Source: Raillietiella orientalis
Lineage: Eukaryota
Assembly: GCA_036172245.1 (NCBI GenBank)
Contig: JAYWIR010000020.1
Coordinates: 1-64,000, forward strand
Direction of reading: 5' to 3'
Length of the DNA: 64,000 bases
Both the position numbers and the translations under genes were made by a program. Shown piece after piece: positions 51,901 to 64,000 of this stretch. The notes beneath the pieces were generated by a model. That model was not told the origin of the DNA and did not search any database. It worked only from the letters and a program-made list of their open reading frames with translations. Position 1 is the stretch's first letter. Each line of letters opens with the position of its first letter.

Positions 51901-53670
51901 CCGTCACAAGAAGAGACCATCCTAAAAGTTTACCCAGACTCTCTTTTAGATGCTCCTGTCTGTAGATTTCTTTAGTAGACGACGGCTACAGGAAAACTCG
52001 CTCCCATTCCATCAGCGCTCTCTGCGGAACCTGAGGGAACCCGCGATGTTGCGGTACAGGAAGGAAAGAACGGCTGTGTCCCGGAGGTCGGGGATACGTG
52101 GACTCTCCCGGCGCCTGAGCGCCATTCGTCTCCATGCTCGCATGCTTCGACCTCAGAAGACTGGGTTGGACCTACTTCCGCGGTCGCCATCTCAGCCAAC
52201 GCCTCCCGTGGAATTCGAGACACTCCCATTCCGCGCGTTTCCGATCGTTGAGAACAGCGCCTTCAGCTCTGCACCACGACGCGCGTCGATCGACTACATG
52301 AAGGAGGCGGCACGGGGAAGACGGGAGAGATCTTGGACGGCAGCCAATAGAGAGCCGGCGTGCATGCGACCCCGTCCTGAGAGAAAGGGCACCGTGTCAC
52401 CTTAGCACCACTGCACATTGGAACACACGCAGGCGGCGTTCCAGAAGACACGCGAAGGGAAACAGGGAAAAGTTGTTGGAATCACGTGGTTATCCTAAGA
52501 AGCGGGGCGGGATTACGGCGGCGATCCTTTTAGTTTCAACGGAATCTTAGGGTCTCGAGAACCGCAATGCCGTGCAGGGCGTGGAAATGGGAGGAACCAC
52601 CTCAGCCAGTCCACGCTGCCTTCCAAAATGCAACACGGCAGGCGGGGGCATCTATCGGACGCGCCGGATCGTTTGGACCGTCCTTGGGAAGGCCATGCTG
52701 AACCACACCTTCGCTTCGGCAAGAAAAGTTCCCGCCTCCCTGAACGCCGGTCGCGGCCCTCGCTTGCAAGGATTAAAGTGGCCGAAGCTGCGCAAAGGAA
52801 CTTCCACCTTCTCTCACCCCTTCCCTTCCCTCTCTTGGCGCGGTTCCGAATCATCAGAAGAATCGGCTGGTCGCGGCGAAGCAGTCCGCGGAATGGTAGC
52901 GAAGGCGGTGATGGGAGATTCCATCTCGAGCTGCTAGGACGTCGAGACGGAATGGAGGAAAATGCTGGGAGGATGATAACAGGGGAGCGTGCACGGGCAT
53001 GTAGGGCGAAATGCATTTGCGCTATTTATAGAGCCAACCTGTTTGCAGCGTGGAACTGCCCGCGGTCAATGGAACTATTGTCCTGGTCGGCTTGCCAAGA
53101 ATTCAGGGACGGCGCCAGGGATCGCAACATTCGCCTTGATTAGGCCGAAATGACTGTTCTGGGTTGCGGTTATTTATGCCTGGATGCAGAGCGTTAATGG
53201 ACCTAGAAAGTACTACACCACGCATCGGTACTGAGAGAGCGGTCACCAGCGTAGCGGCCAGATTTATGGCGATTGTTCGGTCATTCCCAAGGTCAGGATG
53301 AGTCGATGGCTTGAGACGGCTCCGGGAATTCTTACTGGACGTCTCTCCTGCCGGAAGGACCCCCTGTTCGCCTCCTCCGACAGAAAGGAACTGAAGTGTG
53401 GAGACGCCAGCTTACGCGCAACCAGGGAAATGTAGAGTCTTCCAGGATTGCATGGGATGATGGAAATCCTTTTGGGTTTGTTTCTGTCTTCGCTGTTTTT
53501 TCCCCTCCGGCATTTGCTTTCCAGGTTTTTCAGGTTTTCTTTTTTTCAGATTCGTTAAGTACCTCATGAGGCGGCCGCGTGCCTCGCGGCGCACGTGACT
53601 CTTTAACGCTGTTTCACGCCACCCGCGGACGGTGCGTGTTATTCTTCAAGGTAGGGGAGGCACCTCGGAA

Positions 53671-55327
53671 GGGGGTCCGCCCTATGAATCAAGGAATGCT
53701 GGAAGTCCATTCCTCTCATGTTTGGGGAGGCGGATCGCACCATGATTGTCTCCGAAGGGGAGAACCCTGAAGGGAATTTCCTTCCTCATTCTCTCCGGAG
53801 GGACCCCTCCGGAAAAGGGGTGGTGCCCTGCATTTCATCTTCTCCGAAAGAAAACCCGGAAAGAAACCACTAGTAGGAATTTCTTCTCCAGTGGGAACCC
53901 GTAAGGGAACCGCTCCTGCTCACTCCTCTTAAGAGAACCCCGAAGGGACGCTTCCGAAATTCAGAAGGGATTCTGCAGCTTAACGCAGGAAATCGCTCTC
54001 GCTTGCTTCCTAGCACTCTGTTAAGAGGCGACGACTCGGAGGGTCCCACCGCAACAGAGGGGGTCCGCTCCTTTGAACGATCGGAGAGGTGACCGTGAGG
54101 ACCTCCTATCCATCTTGAAACCGGGGGGTCTTCCGATAAAGGAGTTCGATCTCCGTTGTACGACAGGAGGGGGAACTCCCCACTCCTTTATTCCTGGTAG
54201 GACCCGAGGGTCGACTTTCGTTGTTCCGGACTACATCGGGACCTCCAGCTGAATCCACCGTCCCGAATGATTAGGCCAACCAGCGCCATCTTGCAGCAGA
54301 TACTCGGGATCCAACGACGCAGTGGCGTCAGTTTCTGCCAAAGTATTCGAACCCGCGACGCATGGTACCACACGCAGAAGCCTTAACCACAACGCCTCCG
54401 ATGCGGGTCTCCTCTTCCCCAGCCTCCCGGAAGTTCCGCGAACCTTCCCGCCAGTTCTTGGGCGTGCTCGGAGCGGGAGGAACGCGCGTCGGGCCGCTGC
54501 CGCTCTTTCGGACGCGCTCTGACGCGCGCGCGCGATGCCGCTCAGGGGGGAAGGGAAGGGACGGGCGCCGCACCAACCACCCCGGACGTTTCCCTCTCTG
54601 CCACTTCCCCTCAGTATCCGGAGAGCAGCCAGCCGGGAGCGTCCCAGAAGGAGGGAAAGCGGGAATCGTTGGTTGCGGCCGCCAGTAGCGCGTCCGGTGC
54701 GCCTGCGTTCCTGGTCTGCGGCATCGGCGGCGAAGATCGACACCGGCTTCGGTCACGAAACCGCTCTCCAGGGTCCCCGAAAGTCATCCGGCAGCTACGC
54801 CCTGGACCACGGATGAAGATGCCAGTCGGCACGAGCGGCGCGCTTGCCGACGGTATCGGGAGGGGAAGCGGGTCGAAGGGAAACGAGCTCGCGCTGCCGG
54901 ACGTGCGGCCGCAGTCTCCGCGCGTGGCACCGAGCGTCACGGGTTGGGGTCCTTTCCGAGGAAGGGCCAACACCGAGAATAAGGAGTGTGCCATGCGTTT
55001 CGAGTTCCCTTCCGGGCAGGAAGACGCAGGTTGGACTCTTCGAGTGTGGCACTGGCACACGCCGTTGACTGGCCACGCCCCGTGTCCTTTGCAAGAATCA
55101 AGGTGTCGATTTCCTTATTCCGCTCCTTATTCATTCGCCATGATGGGAGAAAATTCGGAATTCTCGAGATGCTCATTCCCCTCACTGCAGTTATCCTTCA
55201 CTCTGTTTGCAGCTGAAACGCGTGGCACCACCCTGATGGAATAGGGAAGAGGTTCCCTTCGAGGTGTCCCTTCCCAAGCGTAAGAGGAACGCTCTCCTTA
55301 GCCATCCTGGATTCATAGGGTGGCCCC
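53671..55327. mobile_element. about 1.66-kb non-autonomous TIR DNA transposon (Kolobok-like termini)
   Basis: Left end GGGGGTCCGCCCTATGAATCAAGGAATGCT. Right end reverse complement GGGGCCACCCTATGAATCCAGGATGGCT, with similarity continuing about 80 nt inward. Flanks GGAA and TTAC may be a decayed TTAA. No transposase seen inside. Confidence 0.7.
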
Positions 55328-56602
55328 TTACTGGGCACCTCCTATAACTTGAAGAGTGACGCGCACCTCGTGTCGCGTGGACAGCATTGAAGAGCGTCGT
55401 GTATCCCCCTGCGGAGGGGGACGGTTCTTCAGCACTTGACGAGTCGACAGGGACGAAGCTTCCGAGGCGAAAGGTCAGGGAGGTGGTCTAGGAGGAGAGC
55501 GAGATTTCGACGGGGGATAGGCAGAGCAAGGCAGCCTCGACATCCCAGAGCCAACCTGGTCATCCCCTAAGGAGCAGCCCTTCCGCTCGTCCACAGAAGA
55601 CGTGCCGCTGCCCTTTCGAGAATGCGATGGGCGGGAGAGGAAGGAGGCTGCTGGCTGGGACCCCTCGTGAGAGGATCCCTTCCCCTTGCTCTGCAGCATT
55701 CCGCTCGCGTCCAGGAGTGGCTCCTGGCTGCCCAGGCGAGGACCCGGGCATATCGCGTCAGGACCCTTCTTCCTCTTCTTACTTTCTCTTCTCCTCCTTC
55801 TCCACTTCCCGGTGAGTTCACGGCTCGGTGCTAGCGGGGCATCGAGCCCTCGAAGACGGGAAAGCGAAAATCCCGTGGGAAAGGGTAGGGGCGAGGAAGG
55901 GATTGCCGCGAGAACCAGCGTGCGAGGGCAGGCAGCATCTCCCCCCGTGAGCTCGGAAGACTCCAGCCCTCGGGGCAAGGAAGGGGCGCACCACGTAAGC
56001 CGTGCGCGCGCTCACGGGAGAATGGTTCCCAGGAATCCAGGATCGCGCCCGCGAATCGGAAAAGATCGGCTGATGCGAATTCGTGTTTTCCCGCAAGGGA
56101 TGCGTGCCGTCTCTGGATTTTATCGCTCCCTTTTGTTGAGGAAGGGAGGAAGGAGCGGAGAAAGTAACGTAAAGTGAAAACCTGATAAAAGCGATCGGTG
56201 TTCCTCTTCTCATCCCTTTTCCCTCCTCTCCCCCCGCTTTCGAACGCTCTTTCGGGACCGATGGGAGAGGGGGAGGATCCCAGATCAGCCTCGTGGAGGC
56301 AGGGGTGGGAGGGAGGGAGGGAGAGGGGACATTCAGCGTCTGCGGCACGTGAAATCGGCAAAGCGAATCATTCCAGAAAGTGAACGCTCCTGCCGCTTGA
56401 TCGGAACTACATCGAGGAGGAGGAGGGAGCAAGGGCGAGAGAAGGGAGGGGAAGGGAGAACACGGATTCCCGTTCGGTCTCCTTCCCTGGACGGGCTGAG
56501 ACGTTTTCCTCAAGCGCACGCAGCTTCGGGGACGAGGACGTCACGTGACCCCGCGTCTCTCCCCGTCACCGGGCTGCAACTCCGGCGTCCCACGAACTAA
56601 GC

Positions 56603-56608
56603 TTTATT
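56603..56608 (-). promoter_or_regulatory. putative HPD polyadenylation signal AATAAA
   Basis: TTTATT on the + strand, about 70 nt downstream of the HPD stop codon. Confidence 0.6.
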
Positions 56609-56676
56609 TCCACTTTCTAAGCGACTACGAATTCCCTTGAGCCTTCATGCGAGGCGTCGGTGGCGGCGGTTACGTC

Positions 56677-60288
<3,612 letters not shown>

Positions 60289-61354
60289 GTTGCTCTGAAA
60301 AAGATGACGTGACATAGGATGTGACATGCTCGCACAGTTAGACTCTTTTCCCTTCTCATCTTCACACATACAGATCATTCCCATCCACCCAGCCACGCAT
60401 CCGTGACGAACGGAACGAGCGGTACTCGTTGTGGCCGCCCACGGGAAAAGCAAAATCTGTCCGCAGGCAGCGGTGGCGGCCCGCTGCCTGCGATGGGGCC
60501 TCTAGACCTGCTTTCCAGAAGGCGGCAGCGACGAGGAAACGCCCACCGTGCAGGAAGACCTCTCGAAACGGGACCCCCTTAAGGCGAGAGCATAAGCTGA
60601 GAAGCTCAAATGTGGCGACCGCACTTCCATGACGATTGGCAAGAAAATGTGAGCCGCGAGCTTCCCACTCTCCCCGGAGCGAACTACGAGAGCTTCCCCC
60701 CCGTCATAACCCCCCTCCTTCAGGGGGCACTGCGTGCACCCGACCCCACCTACACCGCGAACTGTGTGCACCGCATCTCAACAAACTGTCTTGCACCGCA
60801 CATCACGACAAACCGCGAACCGCAAGAGCGGTGGGGACACTGAAGATCGGAGACGCAAACGTCCAGCAAAGATATACTGAGAAATAAGATAAGAATGCGA
60901 GATACGATGGGATATGAATGCTAAATAAAATGAAACAGCCTCAGGGGTTTTCGTTGCTTATGGGTTAATCTTGTTCTCGGAGTAACTTACCCATGAGCGG
61001 GGCACTTGGAAGCTATTTATAACTTTCCAAAGGGTCTTCTGCCTCCAGAAAATGGGAAAATCACAGATGTTGGGAAGGATGGGAATTATCTTTTTGGTCG
61101 CAAACCTCGAGGGAACTGGTTTGCAGAACCGGGAATTCGGAAAGAGAAACTCCTGCGCAGGGTGGCTTCAATCCGACCTGGACGTCTGGTGGGGGTCCCC
61201 CATTCTCCCTAGTAAATTGCCGCGGACAGCGCGCACACTTGGCAGTCGACCTTTTGGGGGTCACCGCGCTGATTCAGGTTTTTTTGTTTTTTACGTGCGC
61301 GTCTTCCAGTTAGGATGCCCATTCAGCACAGGACGGACTCAGTGGGCAGTGGGA

Positions 61355-61610
61355 GGGGTTTCCTCCTTTCCTCCAGCAAGGCATTCATTCGGAGTGCCCT
61401 ATGTGTGCGTGCGTACCCATGCGGAACGATCGATCACTCGCATGGAATTCGAAGAGCACCCCCTGCCTGCAAAGGGTGCACGCGGCAGTCGAAGTACGCC
61501 GGCGATGGCTCCAAACAACCTTTCCGTGGAGGCACGGCGGCTCTGCCATAGCACCGGCGCTCAGGTGAAGGCAAGCGCCTCCCAAGCGCGCCACCTCCGG
61601 TGCTTCCACC
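61355..61610 (+). repeat. dispersed repeat family E, copy 2 (upstream of HPD)
   Basis: Direct match to about 59045-59270. Confidence 0.85.
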
Positions 61611-62096
61611 CCGAGCAAGTCGCGCCCCTCTCCGACGTCCTGTGCTCAAACGCCCGTTTCTTCTCCTTGGATCAAAATCGGCCACTCCCAGAAACCTTCG
61701 CTTTCCGCGAGGGTATCTTTTTTCACCGAGAGAGCGTCGTAAGGGAGCAGCAAGCGATACCGCCTGTTTGCACTTTCAGTCCCAATTAACGAGGGCCTCC
61801 CTCGCGTGGAGAACTCTCCAGAATTTGCGGCAGAGCAGTGCTCGGCGGGCAATCCCCAGCAGACGGGCAGTTGAACGCGAGTGTGCTCGAAGGAAATTGG
61901 GTGACTCTGGGATAACAGACGTCACTTCTGACTTTCCCTGCCTCCTGGGAAGACCATAGAGGAACCGGCAGGATTTTCGCTTCCTCCCTGCCCCTTTAAA
62001 AGGGGAGCGTTCCGGCTGGACTGGCAGTCCGTGCGAGGAAGCAGGAAATGGTGGTGGTGATGTAGATGCGAGGTGTAGATACACCGGGAGAATGCG

Positions 62097-62680
62097 TTGT
62101 ACCGGGTGACCAAGGAAACTTTGAAAAGTCTTCTTCACACCGGAAGGCAACAAATCGGCGCCAGCCGCTACGAGTGCCACAACGTGAGCCTGCGAGCGGT
62201 CGGAGAGCGTGTGGTGGGCAGCGACCTACCACCCGACACTCAGGATGACCTGCTGATGTTCGATCCTGGAGGCATCCTGGGTGGCACTAGATTGGCACAG
62301 TGGACAGGCGGCAGCCAAAACGAGAGTCGCCAAGCATGCGGAGGCAGGGAAAACCAACTCCACATTCTCACGTACCCGACTCTGTCTGAAGACGGGAAGA
62401 TGCTGAAGGCGGTGGCCGGCTTGCAGACTGGGACACCTATGGAGATCTTGGCGGGAATGTTTGAAAGGGATGAGTACATCTCCTGATACAATCCCATGGT
62501 TCGCACCATCACCATGGTCCTCTTCATCGCGAGCATCGTGATAATAAGTGCAAAGTTGAGGAAAACTGGAGCGAGAGTGCCCGCCTTAAATATCGTGCAA
62601 TTACTAATAAAAAGGGAAGTAGGGATAAGCAATTGCGTCAAGATACTCGGCTGGATGTACCGTTACGTCTTGCTGCTCAA
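62097..62680 (+). pseudogene. probable methuselah-like (Mthl) GPCR fragment with an in-frame TGA
   Basis: One frame reads ...ACGGRENQLHILTYPTLSEDGKML...FERDEYIS*YNPMVRTITMVLFIASIVIISAKLRK (TM1-like)...NCVKILGWMYRYVLLL (TM3-like C...LG...Y..L) and ends at a GTGAGT donor (62681). TGA at 62484-62486; TM2 looks shortened. Downstream YRPEYG (about 63010) resembles the Mthl ECL2 motif RP.FG. Confidence 0.45.
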
Positions 62681-63139
62681 GTGAGTGAACTGCCTTCCAA
62701 TACCCAGTGACCCTATCCGAAAAAGATATAAACCGAATGCGACGTCATCAGGGAAATTTTTCCTCTCTTTTCTTTTTTCCGTCTTCTTTGGCTGCCGGGC
62801 AAAAAGTCTTCGGCTTAGGCGACGCACGCAATTTGGGGATGTGCACAAGAAATCTTCGCTAGCAGATCTCCGCGCAAAAGAAGCTTTATGTCTCTCCCGT
62901 CTGGATGGGGAAGCACTGGCTGCCACTGGAAATAAATACCCATCATACCTTGTGCCTTGCAGTCTTCAGTACCAATCTAGTAAGCCTTCTTTCGATTGCA
63001 TGAAGCTTTACAGGCCCGAATACGGATTTGGACTCCTTCGGAGTTTGCGTTTGCGAGTCGAACAGTTGGAAATACTCGCCGACTGCTAGCGAGCGATAAG
63101 CGGGCGTGGCCTTGAACAGGAAAAACCTCGGGAGCGTCG

Positions 63140-63500
63140 TGCCACATATATGTATGTTATTATGTGTACACATGATGTTATGGCTGTGGCACGCATGCTT
63201 GGTGTGACGGCGTTGCCAGATACATGCAAACGCATAGTGTTGCATATGCACGGCATCATAGTTTGGTTGAATGCATACGCATGGTACCGTTACGTGCGCG
63301 TAACAGTACCATGTGTTGTATACGCCTTGTGTTGTATACGCACTGTTACCCTGGCATCGAATCCCTACATGTACACGGTGGGCTGCTGTGTTATTATATG
63401 CATCCTTGATCTTATGCCGTTATACACGTGCATGCACATATAGTGTTACAGTGTTGTTATATTTATGCACACATTTCAAGTTGTGTGTGCACACCAACTC
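63140..63500. repeat. degenerate TA/TG/CA-rich low-complexity tract
   Basis: Alternating purine-pyrimidine runs (ATATATGTATG, TGTGTACACATG, TGTGTTGTATACGC twice), much more AT-rich than the flanks. Confidence 0.7.
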
Positions 63501-64000
63501 CGACGAAGCTCAAAAGAAACGCGGAAATTTCTATGCAAATGCGAAGCCGAAACGAGAAGAGGAAAGACGATTCATCAGAGGCTGTAGTCGGAAACCGTCG
63601 TCATCAGAGACTGAAATGGCCGAAAGGGAGGGATCGTTTCCCATCGTGCCCGGCAAACATTACAAAACAGAGCTGCTCGGCACGTGAGTTGCGGAATCCC
63701 AGACAGAGGCGGTCCAGGCTGAGGATTGCTCGGAAACAAAGTAAAAATGGCTTGGACACCGGGCTTGGTGTCTTCGGGGATCTCGTCTTAAGCACGACTC
63801 GCAACGGACGTGGGTCAGATCGCGCACGGTGGTACTGGTAGCGCTCTTCACTGAACTGGATTGTCGGCATTTCGTGCGAAGGATTGGAAATTGGGAAGAC
63901 TGCATCCAGGATCAGAAACAGCCATCGTTGTCAGGCGAAAACAAACTGTCGGAGCTCGGTCGCCCATACAACACGATTACTCCGGATTTTCTTTATTTTG

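Noticed and set aside
53740..53950. Recurring GAACCC-GAAGGGAA units as a CRISPR array
   Set aside because: Units are degenerate and irregularly spaced, lie within a TIR element, and there are no cas genes. The DNA is eukaryotic.
62484..62486. In-frame TGA as selenocysteine or programmed readthrough
   Set aside because: No SECIS identified, and apparent deletions nearby point to pseudogenisation.
62240..62641. - strand 133-aa hydrophobic ORF as a gene
   Set aside because: Looks like the antisense shadow of the + strand GPCR-like frame.

Overview
GC-rich, intron-containing eukaryotic genomic DNA, most likely from an arthropod (inferred from the protein families; I cannot identify the species). 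Two genes are well supported. The first is a complete, spliced 4-hydroxyphenylpyruvate dioxygenase (HPD/HPPD) on the - strand (56677-60288, 12 coding exons, about 376 aa, all three Fe ligands present). The second is the first two coding exons of a TWiK-type two-pore K+ channel on the + strand (15544-18102). I could not find its remaining exons, so HPD may lie inside a very long channel intron. A probable methuselah-like GPCR pseudogene fragment lies at about 62.1-62.7 kb. The rest is largely eroded transposable elements (BEL/Pao and Gypsy LTR elements, RTE LINE, pogo, hAT and Kolobok-like DNA elements), dispersed repeat families, a tandem HMG-box relic and several perfect 16-24 bp hairpins. 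Most ORFs in the track look like GC-driven noise. TE calls come from motif matching by eye and have approximate limits. I found no CRISPR array, rRNA or intact tRNA gene, and no novel multi-gene system that I can defend from the sequence alone.
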